From positions 128,001-192,000 of the forward strand of contig CAVYRF010000001.1 of the NCBI GenBank assembly GCA_963770895.1: a stretch of 64,000 nucleotides of DNA. The letters run 5' to 3'. Each line of letters opens with the position of its first letter. Within the stretch, counting starts at the first letter, position 1. Shown piece after piece: positions 1 to 8,322 of the stretch. The translations under genes and the position numbers were made by a program. The stretch is from an uncultured Acidobacteriota bacterium. GTDB lineage: Bacteria; Acidobacteriota; Thermoanaerobaculia; Multivoradales; UBA5704. Under the pieces are notes generated by a model, which saw only the letters and a program-made list of their open reading frames with translations, did no database searches and was not told the DNA's origin.

Positions 1-212
1 CTGACCTTCTGCATCCACGCCACGTACTGGTCGTCGGTCATGCCGTAGGTGATCGCCTGCACCGACTTGGTGTCCGCCTGGCGCAGCGGCTCACCCGCAT
101 AGGGGCTGCCCGGAGGGAAGCGGTCGCCCGAATAGTCGTCGTTGTTGGCGGTGCCGACATTGACCGCGATCAATCCCTTGACGTTGATGCGAGGGAAGCA
201 AAAGATGCTCAT
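1..212 (-). CDS. 5' part of a VioB/RebD/StaD-like protein (runs off the left edge)
   Basis: Hand translation from the ATG at 212 gives MSIFCFPRINVKGLIAVNVGTANNDDYSGDRF..., open to the window edge. RBS AAGGAG lies upstream. The N-terminus resembles my recollection of VioB (MSILDFPRIHFRG.ARVN.PTANRD). Not in the ORF track. Confidence 0.55.
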   Translation of the reverse strand, partial: MSIFCFPRINVKGLIAVNVGTANNDDYSGDRFPPGSPYAGEPLRQADTKSVQAITYGMTDDQYVAWMQKV

Positions 213-245
213 CCGGTGCGCTCTCCTTGAAAAGTTTCGTAACTC

Positions 246-274
246 ACCGTAATACCGAGAACACTGGAAGTCAA
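246..274 (-). promoter_or_regulatory. sigma70-type promoter for the VioB-like gene
   Basis: Minus strand reads TTGACT-N17-TACGGT, about 35 nt upstream of the ATG at 212. Confidence 0.45.
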
Positions 275-361
275 GCCCGCCTGGGTGGTGCTTCCGCTGC
301 CCGGACGTGGGCGAGGGTGCCGCGCCAGCTCCTTGAGCCTGGCGCGGCGACCCGTAGCCGA

Positions 362-2740
362 TTATCTCCGGTTGATTGGCAAAAATCGGCAGGCTGCGCC
401 GCATGCGGCGAGCGCGAGGAGCGTCGTGCCGGCGAGCGCCAGACCGATGTCAAATGCGTGCGGCCGGTATCGCAGCTCGAGAACGCCCTGGCCTGCCGGC
501 ACGAAAGCTCCCAGAAAGGCGCCATTGACGGTGACGGGAGGCAGCTGCGCGCGGTTCCAGGTGATGCGCCATCCGGGCCAGTTCACGTCGCTGGTGGTGA
601 GCAGGTTCCAGCCCCGCGAGTCGATGGCAAGGCGAGCGGTGCCGCCGGTGTAGGTCAGGAGGCGCACCGTGCCGCCTGCACCCCGTCCCTGCGCCGCTGA
701 CGCCGCCACGGGCGCACGGTCGACGACGGTGAGCGCGCGAAAGTCCGTCACGTCCTGCATCTGCTGCACCTCCTTGTCGAAGCCGCGGGCGATCTGCCAG
801 CGGGCGGCGAGGAAGTAGCGGGGCAGAGCAGCTGGATTGGAAAAGACCTGGCCGTCCGGGCCGTCGTAGATCTGCTGCCAGCGCGGATCGGGTGGCGAAG
901 TGTCGGGTGGAGCGTAGATGGTTGCCACGCCGAGAAAATCCAGGAAGGGACTGTCCCAATCGTGCACCCGTTGGTTGTAGTCGTCGGCGCGGACGTCGAG
1001 AAACGCGCCGAGCAGCTTTCTATATTCTGGCGCACGGATCGGGTCCGTCGTTTTGATGTCCTCAAGCCCGAAGAAGCCCGGCGTATCCGGCAGGAGGCCG
1101 GTGCCGACCGCCGCCATGCGATGGGGCTGGGGGCCCAGGTGCAGCGCTCGGATGGCTTCGGTCTCCGGCAGAACTTCGGCGGGGCGGGCCGGGGGATTGT
1201 ATTGCCAGGTGGCGAACAGCAGCTCGCAGAAGGTGAGCGCCGTGGCGACGGTCGCGAACGTCCGCGGTCGCACCCGGATGGCAAGGGCTCCGGCCAGGAC
1301 CAGGAGGACGCCGAGGGAGGCCGCGAGCTGCGACAGGGCCAGGCGGGCGGCGTCGCGGTCCGCAAGGTCGCGCCACTGCAGCCAATAGACCGCGCCAAGG
1401 AGCAGCCCCGCTCCGCCCAGGCCGGCCCACAGAGGACGTCTGCCCCTGTCGCTGATCAAAAATGTTGCCAAAGCGATCGAGGCCGCCACCGACGTGCCCA
1501 GCACCCACAGGAAGCGCAGGCGCTGATGGAGCGCCACGCCGACCAGCGGCATCCGGCAGACCAGGGGGTACCAGCCGGGAGCTTCCGCAATGGTCAGGAG
1601 GGCGACGGCCATGGCGGCGACAAAGAAGCCGGCGGGGCGCTGGCGCAGACACGCCAGGCTGGCAATGGCCAGGGCTAACGCGGCGATGCCGCCGTAGCCG
1701 GACGCAACCTCTCCATAGTCGGAGGGGATCGACGGGTCGGGCGTCACCGGCCGCCGGTACGTCCCCGACTGCACCGTGCCCAGGATGTTCGGTGCGACGA
1801 GCGGCAAGAGCCATTCGCTGCTCACTCGACGCGCGGGGTGTTGATCCAGGTTGCGGAACGCCTGGTAGCGATCGGTCAAAGGGAGCACCGCGAGCGTCGG
1901 CAGCCAGACCGGGGCGGTGAGCAGCACGGCGGTCCCTGCCGCGGCCAGTGCGGCCGCCAGCCGTGCCGCGCGCGCTCTTGGCGCGAGCGGCTCGACCGCG
2001 GCCAGGTACAGGGTATAGGCGCCCACGGTGAGGCCGGCAAACAGCGCCGACTCCGGGTGACCGCCGAGGATCGCGAGCGCGATCGCCAGCGCGAGGAGCA
2101 GAAACGATCGCCAGCGGGGACGGCGCACGAGCTCCGTTGCCGCCACCAGTCCCATGGGGAGCATCATCGTCGCGAGACCGAGCGGGAACAGCAGCCAGAC
2201 GACGTGGAAGGTCGAAAAGGTGTAGGTGATCGATCCAAAGAGCGCTGCCCACGCGGGCAGGCGCCACTCCGTCAGCAGGACGAAAAGAAAAAACATGCAA
2301 AAGAAAAGGCGGAGCCCGACCGAAAGGGTCCATGCTTTTCCCAGCGGCAGCGGCAGCCCCAGCAACGTGAACGGGTGGAAGATCGCTGTCTGCTGGTTGG
2401 CCAGGAGCGGCGAGCCGGCGGCGAGAGCGCGGTTCCACAAAGGAATTTCGCCGGCAAGAAGCTGCCGCCGCGCCGCGGCGGTCCATGGCGCCAGCTCGGT
2501 GATGACGATGCCGGTGTTGGCGCGCTCCGGCGTTCCCTGCAGCCCCTTCCACGGCAGGATCGAGTTGCAGATCCCTCCCGGCAGATCCACACGCGAGGTG
2601 AAGAGCGTCCTGGCCTGGTAGCCGGCGACGAGCGCGCAGAAGAGCACGACGATGGTCCAGGGAACCGGAGTGAAGAGACGGTTCCAGACCATGGTTGTGA
2701 GCGCGATGGCTGCGAAGAGAAGCAGCGGCGTGGCCAGCAT
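362..2740 (-). CDS. YfhO-family polytopic membrane protein (GT-C-like glycosyltransferase)
   Basis: 792 aa with many TM segments. Motifs GEIPLWN...GSPLLAN, GGHPE and C-terminal NWPGW..VNGAFLGAFVPAG..LRYRP are typical of YfhO. Confidence 0.8.
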   Translation of the reverse strand: MLATPLLLFAAIALTTMVWNRLFTPVPWTIVVLFCALVAGYQARTLFTSRVDLPGGICNSILPWKGLQGTPERANTGIVITELAPWTAAARRQLLAGEIPLWNRALAAGSPLLANQQTAIFHPFTLLGLPLPLGKAWTLSVGLRLFFCMFFLFVLLTEWRLPAWAALFGSITYTFSTFHVVWLLFPLGLATMMLPMGLVAATELVRRPRWRSFLLLALAIALAILGGHPESALFAGLTVGAYTLYLAAVEPLAPRARAARLAAALAAAGTAVLLTAPVWLPTLAVLPLTDRYQAFRNLDQHPARRVSSEWLLPLVAPNILGTVQSGTYRRPVTPDPSIPSDYGEVASGYGGIAALALAIASLACLRQRPAGFFVAAMAVALLTIAEAPGWYPLVCRMPLVGVALHQRLRFLWVLGTSVAASIALATFLISDRGRRPLWAGLGGAGLLLGAVYWLQWRDLADRDAARLALSQLAASLGVLLVLAGALAIRVRPRTFATVATALTFCELLFATWQYNPPARPAEVLPETEAIRALHLGPQPHRMAAVGTGLLPDTPGFFGLEDIKTTDPIRAPEYRKLLGAFLDVRADDYNQRVHDWDSPFLDFLGVATIYAPPDTSPPDPRWQQIYDGPDGQVFSNPAALPRYFLAARWQIARGFDKEVQQMQDVTDFRALTVVDRAPVAASAAQGRGAGGTVRLLTYTGGTARLAIDSRGWNLLTTSDVNWPGWRITWNRAQLPPVTVNGAFLGAFVPAGQGVLELRYRPHAFDIGLALAGTTLLALAACGAACRFLPINRR

Positions 2741-2848
2741 CGGAGGCGATTCCTAGCACAGGACCGCCGGACGCACAACGACACCCGCCGGCAACTTGAC
2801 AGGGCGTCCGCCGTTATGACTATTCAGATTTCCGGGAGGGCACCGCCC

Positions 2849-3040
2849 ATGCAGATCGCTGTCGGAGATGCCGCAAGAAGAGTGCTGCGCACGCTGCTGA
2901 TCTGCCTGCTGGCGCCGGCGGCGGCCGGGTTGGCGCAGGATCCGCTGAGCGGATACACCAGGTCTTTCTTTGGCGAGCCGGCGGTGACCACCGCACGCGG
3001 GGCATGCGGCCAGGGTATGGCGCCGCCGGGCGAGACCTGA
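2849..3040 (+). CDS. short signal-peptide-bearing ORF (63 aa), possible gene remnant
   Basis: TTGACA at 2796 and RBS GGGAGG upstream. Sequence RRVLRTLLICLLAPAAAGLA/QDP looks like a signal peptide, followed by an early stop. Confidence 0.3.
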   Translation: MQIAVGDAARRVLRTLLICLLAPAAAGLAQDPLSGYTRSFFGEPAVTTARGACGQGMAPPGET

Positions 3041-3052
3041 CAGCATGGCCGG

Positions 3053-3448
3053 ATGGCATCGGACCTGATGATCCTGGCGCACGGCGGCACGTGGGAGATG
3101 CGGTTTCAGGTGTCGTCGCTCGCGGGCAGCGCGGCGGCGGCCGGCGACCACGTGCTGGTGGCGCTCTACTTCGCGGCGCTCGACGCGTGGGTGGGGGAGC
3201 GCTGGGATGCGCTGGACCCGGCGCCGCCGGTGTCGGCGACCCGGTTGCAGACGCTGGGTCTGCCGCCGCTGTCCGCCATGCTGGAGCCGGGGCGCGCGGC
3301 GGGCCTGATCCGGATCTATGCCTGCAGCGCGTCCTGCCGCGTGCTGGGGCTGGACATGGACAAGGCGCAGGCGTCCGTGGACGCGATCGTCGGCTGGCAG
3401 ACGTTTTCACGCATGACGGCCACGGCCGGCCGCGTGGTCAGCTTCTAG
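3053..3448 (+). CDS. DsrE/DsrF/DrsH-like small protein
   Basis: 131 aa with IYACSASC and VDAIVGWQTF motifs, typical of DsrE_2-like proteins. Confidence 0.6.
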   Translation: MASDLMILAHGGTWEMRFQVSSLAGSAAAAGDHVLVALYFAALDAWVGERWDALDPAPPVSATRLQTLGLPPLSAMLEPGRAAGLIRIYACSASCRVLGLDMDKAQASVDAIVGWQTFSRMTATAGRVVSF

Positions 3449-3505
3449 GCGTGCGCCGCGCGCCCCGGGCGCCGGCGGCCTGAGGCCGGACGTGGGCGGC
3501 GGCGG

Positions 3506-3880
3506 TCAGGTATCGCGCCGGATCAGGTAGGTCTCGGGGCCGACGACCTGGGGATCGAGCGAAAACTCGTAGAGCTGGAGGCCGCCGAACAGGGCGCGCA
3601 CCAGGGGGAAGCCGGCGGTCTGCAGCTTGCGGGCGAGGTCGACGGTGGTTGAGCCGTCATCGTCCAGCAGCACCACGTCCAGCTCGCGCGGCGGCTTCCA
3701 TTCGGGGCCGGGAAAGGCGCAGGCGCCCATCAGGGACAGACGGCCGGGTTCGGTGCGCACGTCGATCAGCAGCGGCGGGTCACCTTCTTTCAGGCGCCTG
3801 AAGACGGTGTAAGGGGGTACCTCCAGCAGCGGGTCGAACTGCACGACCGGAGTGCCTCTGGTGGTGTGGCGGGTGGGCAT
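3506..3880 (-). CDS. rhodanese-like domain protein
   Basis: LLIDVR...GA...L.TAGF..VRALFGGL pattern. The active-site loop has Asp rather than Cys. Confidence 0.7.
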   Translation of the reverse strand: MPTRHTTRGTPVVQFDPLLEVPPYTVFRRLKEGDPPLLIDVRTEPGRLSLMGACAFPGPEWKPPRELDVVLLDDDGSTTVDLARKLQTAGFPLVRALFGGLQLYEFSLDPQVVGPETYLIRRDT

Positions 3881-3895
3881 GCGTGAATCTCCTTC

Positions 3896-5218
3896 TCAGT
3901 CATACCCTTGTACGCGCGACTTGTGGTCGCTCCAGGCCAGGCCGGACATCGCCTTGGGCAGAAAGCGCGTGGATTTGGGCGGCAGCATCTGGCCGCGGGC
4001 GACGGCGGCGGCAAAGTCCGCCGGGCGCATGGGTGGCAGCCAGAAGCCGGTCCCCAGGTCTCCCGAGGCAACCTGCGCGTACAGGTCCTGCGGGTTGGAG
4101 CGGTAGACCAGGGTGCCGTCGGTTGCCGCCTCCGGCGCCAGGCCGAGGGCCGGCAGGACGGCGCTTTGAAAGACGTCGACGACCAGCTGGCCGGGTGCCG
4201 CGGCAAGGTGCCAGATCTCGGGCCGGCTGCCTACCACCCAGACGCCCAGGGCCGGCTGCGGCGCGGCGGCCACCGCGGCGGCCAGGCCGTCGCCGTCGAC
4301 GCCGCCGAAGGGCAGGGCGGCGGTGCGCAGGCCGGCCAGCCGCGCCAGGTCGATCGGCTGGCGCAGGGCGCGATGGATGGGGTCGATGGTCAGCTCCCGC
4401 GAGGCCAGGCTGGTCACCACCGCGAGCTTGGCGCCGGCGGCGCTGCCGGCGGCGGCATGGTGCGTTTCGGCAAAGCGCAGGCCGACCTTGTAGCGATGGT
4501 GGCCGTCGGCGATCGCCGCCGGCCGCGACGCCACGGCTTGCTGATAGAGCGCGATGCGTGCCGGGTCGGCGACCTGGAACAGCAGATGAGAGTTGCCGTC
4601 TTCGTCAAGGTAGCGGACGAGCGGCGCCGGCGCGGCGCCGTTGGCCCGGCCGCCCTCGGCGGCTGGGCCGTCGCCGACGTCCTGGGCCAGCAGCTCTTCG
4701 AGGCGGCCATCGTCTTCGGCCAGCAGCAGCGCCGGCTCGAGATCGACCCGCATGGCCTCGAGCAGCGCCGTGCGCTCGGCGAGCGGCTTGTCCAAGGTCT
4801 GCTCGTGGGGGCGGATGACCGTCGGCGGCGCGTATTCGACCAGCGCCAGCACGCCGAGCCGGCGGCCGCCGCCGACCAGCTCGACGATATAGGGATAGAG
4901 CGACGGCTGCGGGTCGCGGGCGACGATGCCGTCCCGCAGCCACGCTGCGTGGAGTTGGGCGGCATGCCGGTACGCGGTGTCGGCGGTGGCGGCGGGCGCC
5001 GGCGCCGGTGCGGGGGTCTGTGCCGCCCCCGCCCCCCCGGCACCCGCCGGCGCGGCCGGAGCCACCGGACGCGTGAGATGGGCGAACTGGTACGGCGACG
5101 CGGCCTGGAAGCGGTCCCGCGCCGCGTCGTTGATCTGGTCGTACGGGGGGGCCGCCAGGCGTCCGGGGTCGCCCGCTCGGTCGGTGTAGCGCAGCCCCTG
5201 GAAGGCGAGTAGGCGCAT
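3896..5218 (-). CDS. DUF1015 family protein
   Basis: Motifs APPYDQI, IRPHEQT, IADGHHRY and MLPPKSTRFLPK. Confidence 0.9.
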   Translation of the reverse strand: MRLLAFQGLRYTDRAGDPGRLAAPPYDQINDAARDRFQAASPYQFAHLTRPVAPAAPAGAGGAGAAQTPAPAPAPAATADTAYRHAAQLHAAWLRDGIVARDPQPSLYPYIVELVGGGRRLGVLALVEYAPPTVIRPHEQTLDKPLAERTALLEAMRVDLEPALLLAEDDGRLEELLAQDVGDGPAAEGGRANGAAPAPLVRYLDEDGNSHLLFQVADPARIALYQQAVASRPAAIADGHHRYKVGLRFAETHHAAAGSAAGAKLAVVTSLASRELTIDPIHRALRQPIDLARLAGLRTAALPFGGVDGDGLAAAVAAAPQPALGVWVVGSRPEIWHLAAAPGQLVVDVFQSAVLPALGLAPEAATDGTLVYRSNPQDLYAQVASGDLGTGFWLPPMRPADFAAAVARGQMLPPKSTRFLPKAMSGLAWSDHKSRVQGYD

Positions 5219-5380
5219 GCAGGATCCTTTTGCGGCGGTCGTGCGGTCGGGATGTCCCTCACGCAGAGTCGCCTCTTATTCTACAGATGCTATGACACTC
5301 GCGGACGCACAACGGGGGATAACCGGCCGCAACCGTCACAAAGGAGACGCAGATGGCGTGCCAGGGCGGGGCCTACCCCG

Positions 5381-6127
5381 TCAGATCAGCTGCCCCAGCC
5401 AGCTGGCCTTGCTCATCCGCCGCAGGATGGTCTGGACGTGGCGCCGGTAGGCGCGGCTGTCCGCGCCGGGATGCCATTCGCTGGGCAGCGGCAGGCTGGC
5501 CGCCAGAAGGGCGGCTTCGCGCTCGGACAGCGCCCGCGCGGACTTGCCGAAGTAGTGGCGCGCCGCCGCTTCGGCGCCGTAGATGCCGGGCCCCATCTCG
5601 ACGACGTTCAGATAGAGCTCCAGGATGCGGCGCTTGCTCAGGTGGGCCTCCAGCTGGCGCGTCAGGGCCGCCTCCTTCAGCTTGCGCAGCGGGTTGCGCG
5701 AGGACGACAGCCACAGGTTCTTGGCCAGCTGCTGGGTGATGGTCGAGGCGCCGCGCGGCAGGCGCTTCTCCTCCCAGGCGTCCTCGATAGCCGCCTTCAT
5801 CTCGACGGTTTCAAAGCCGTGGTGGGAGAAAAAGCCGATGTCTTCGCCGCACAGCACCGCTCGCTTGAGCGCCGGCGAGATCTGCGCGTAGTGCACCCAT
5901 CGCCACTGGATCGGCCGCGGCGGCCCGAACCAGCCGCCGTCGCGGTAGTGCTCGATGAACGCCGTCATGGTCGGCCGGCGGTGGGTGAGCTCCGCCACGT
6001 CCGGCCAGGTGCAGACCTCCCAGATGGCCCACGTGGCGGTCAGGACGAGCAGCGCGGCGAGCGACAGCAGCCAGCGGGAGCGCGTCAGGCGTCCCCAGCG
6101 CGGCGGCTCGTAAGGCGACGCGATCAT
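5381..6127 (-). CDS. mtgA: monofunctional peptidoglycan transglycosylase (GT51)
   Basis: ED..F..HHGF, RGASTITQQLAKNL, RKLKEA, KRRILELYLN and an N-terminal TM. The start is uncertain (6127 or 6142). Confidence 0.9.
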   Translation of the reverse strand: MIASPYEPPRWGRLTRSRWLLSLAALLVLTATWAIWEVCTWPDVAELTHRRPTMTAFIEHYRDGGWFGPPRPIQWRWVHYAQISPALKRAVLCGEDIGFFSHHGFETVEMKAAIEDAWEEKRLPRGASTITQQLAKNLWLSSSRNPLRKLKEAALTRQLEAHLSKRRILELYLNVVEMGPGIYGAEAAARHYFGKSARALSEREAALLAASLPLPSEWHPGADSRAYRRHVQTILRRMSKASWLGQLI

Positions 6128-6175
6128 GGCGGAGGGCGCCATTGTACAGCGGGGAGGCGGCTATACTGCGCGCCC

Positions 6176-7903
6176 ATGAGCCCCGCCTCGCGCATCGACA
6201 AGAGGCCGGTCGACCGTCCCGCCGGCAATCCGACGCTCGCCCGGTTCCTGCTCGACCAGCTGGTCGAGGCGGGCGTGAGCTCCATCTTCGGCATTCCCGG
6301 CGACTTCATCCTGCGCCTCTGCCAGCTGATCGACGAGGACCCGCGGCTGCGCCTGCGCACCCTGTCGCACGAGCCCGGCGTGGGCTTTGCCGCCAACGGC
6401 GCGGCGCGCGGCACCCAGGGCCTGGGCGTCGCCTGCGTCACCTACGGCGCCGGGGCGCTCAACATGGTCAACCCGATCGCCGCCGCCTACGCCGAAAAGA
6501 CGCCGGTGCTGGTGCTGACCGGCGGCCCCGGCGAGGACGAGCGCTCGCGCGGCATCCTGGTCCACCACCAGGTCAAGAGCTTCGAGTCGCAGCTGCGGGT
6601 GTTCCACGAGGTGACGCAGTACCAGGCGGTGCTCAACGACCCGCTGACCGCCGCCAGCCAGGTGCGCTACGCCATCGACGTCTGCCGCCTGTACTCGCTG
6701 CCGGTCTACCTGGAGGTGCCGCGCGACATGGTGGAGCGTGAGATCCAGGTCGGGCCGCCGGGCCAGCTCGCCGTGCCGACGCAGGCGGGAGCCGTGGCGG
6801 AGGCCGCCGCGGAGATCCTGCGCATGGTCGCCGCGGCGCGCCGCCCGGTCATGGTCGTGGGCGTCGAGGTCCATCGCCAGCGCCTGGCCCGCGACGTGGT
6901 GGCGCTCGCCGAGCACCTGGGGCTGAGCGTGGTGAGCACCTTCATGGGGCGCGGCAGCTTCCCCGACGACCATCCGCAATACGCCGGGGTCTACCTGGGG
7001 CCCGCCTCGCCCCCCGGCGTCCGCGAGCTGGTGGAGGGCTCCGACTGCCTGCTGATGCTGGGCGCCCTGGTGAGCGACACCAACATGGGCGTGCGCATCA
7101 CCGCCATCGACCCGCGCGCCATCGTCCTGGCCGTCTCCCGCCAGGTCGAGATCGGCTACCACGTCTATCACGACGTGCCGCTCGACGCGCTGGTGGCGCG
7201 ACTGGTCGCCGATCCCGGCGGCCGGCGGCGCTCCGACTTCGTGCCGAGCGGCGGCCGCCGCCCGTTCATGCGCGCCGACGACGCCGCCTCGCCCGGACCG
7301 CTGCGCGTCGCCGCCCTGGTCGCCGAGATCAACCGCTTCTTTGCCGAGCACGGCGCGATGCCGCTGGTCGCCGACACCGGCGACTGCCTGTTCTGCTCGC
7401 ACGAGATCGACACCCAGCTGGTGCTGGCGTCCGCCTACTACGCCACCATGGGCTTCGCCGTGCCCGCCGCCCTGGGCTTTGAAAGCGCCACCGGCAAGCG
7501 CCCCCTGGTCCTGGTCGGCGACGGCGGCTTCCAGATGACGGGCAACGAGCTGCTGCATGCCGCGCCGCAGGGCCTGCGCCCGATCGTCGTGGTGATGAAC
7601 AACGGTTCGTGGGAGATGCTGCAGTCCTTCCTGCCCAGCAACTACAACCAGATCCCCGATTGGCACTACGCCAGCGTCGCCCGCCTGTGGGGGTGCGCCA
7701 GCTGGAAGGTCAAGACCGCCGCCGCCCTGCGCGCCGCCCTGGCCGCCGCCTTGACCGAGCCCCGCCCGGTCCTCATCGAAGCCCTGCTCGCCAAGGGCGA
7801 CATCTCCGACACCCTGTACACCTTCACGCGCAGCGTCGGCACCACCCCGCCGCCGCCCACGGCAACGCCTCCTGCCGCGGCGTCGCCGATGCGGGGCAGG
7901 TAA
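6176..7903 (+). CDS. ipdC: indolepyruvate/phenylpyruvate decarboxylase (ThDP-dependent)
   Basis: FGIPGDF, LSHEPGVGFAA, VHHQ and the GDGGFQMTG...NNGSW ThDP motif. Start placed at ATG 6176, 8 nt after TATACT. Confidence 0.85.
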   Translation: MSPASRIDKRPVDRPAGNPTLARFLLDQLVEAGVSSIFGIPGDFILRLCQLIDEDPRLRLRTLSHEPGVGFAANGAARGTQGLGVACVTYGAGALNMVNPIAAAYAEKTPVLVLTGGPGEDERSRGILVHHQVKSFESQLRVFHEVTQYQAVLNDPLTAASQVRYAIDVCRLYSLPVYLEVPRDMVEREIQVGPPGQLAVPTQAGAVAEAAAEILRMVAAARRPVMVVGVEVHRQRLARDVVALAEHLGLSVVSTFMGRGSFPDDHPQYAGVYLGPASPPGVRELVEGSDCLLMLGALVSDTNMGVRITAIDPRAIVLAVSRQVEIGYHVYHDVPLDALVARLVADPGGRRRSDFVPSGGRRPFMRADDAASPGPLRVAALVAEINRFFAEHGAMPLVADTGDCLFCSHEIDTQLVLASAYYATMGFAVPAALGFESATGKRPLVLVGDGGFQMTGNELLHAAPQGLRPIVVVMNNGSWEMLQSFLPSNYNQIPDWHYASVARLWGCASWKVKTAAALRAALAAALTEPRPVLIEALLAKGDISDTLYTFTRSVGTTPPPPTATPPAAASPMRGR

Positions 7904-7996
7904 GCGCCGGGAGCGCCCTGGCAACGGCGGGGCGTACACCGTGGGTGCCGCCCCGCCGGTGGCGTCGCCCTCAGCAGGGCGCTCCGGCCTTTGGCA

Positions 7997-8191
7997 CTAG
8001 CAGTACCTGGATTTGCAGGTGGTCAGGGTGTCGCAGTCCAGGCAGGAGGTGACACCACAGACGCTGTTTTCACAGACGGTCGTGTTCGAAGGTGTCGCCC
8101 CACCCATCGCCTGCCCGAGGGCCGGCTTGTCGAGATAGCGCAACGTCTCGCTGTTGAGGCGCAGCTTCTTCGGATTGGCGCTGGTCCGCAT
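7997..8191 (-). CDS. RiPP (lanthipeptide-like) precursor peptide, 64 aa
   Basis: RBS GAGGAG. Leader MRTSANPKKLRLNSETLRYLDKPALGQAMGG and core ATPSNTTVCENSVCGVTSCLDCDTLTTCKSRYC (6 Cys, 11 Ser/Thr). Confidence 0.8.
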   Translation of the reverse strand: MRTSANPKKLRLNSETLRYLDKPALGQAMGGATPSNTTVCENSVCGVTSCLDCDTLTTCKSRYC

Positions 8192-8322
8192 CGAATTCTC
8201 CTCTTCGATCAAGATTGTCCGGAAGTTGACTCAGGACGTTCCCGAGTGCGAGGAGCGAGGCTATCAAGTTTTCCGCGGAGTTTCAGCTCACTCGCAAGTA
8301 TACTAATAGGCCCTATCCGTGT

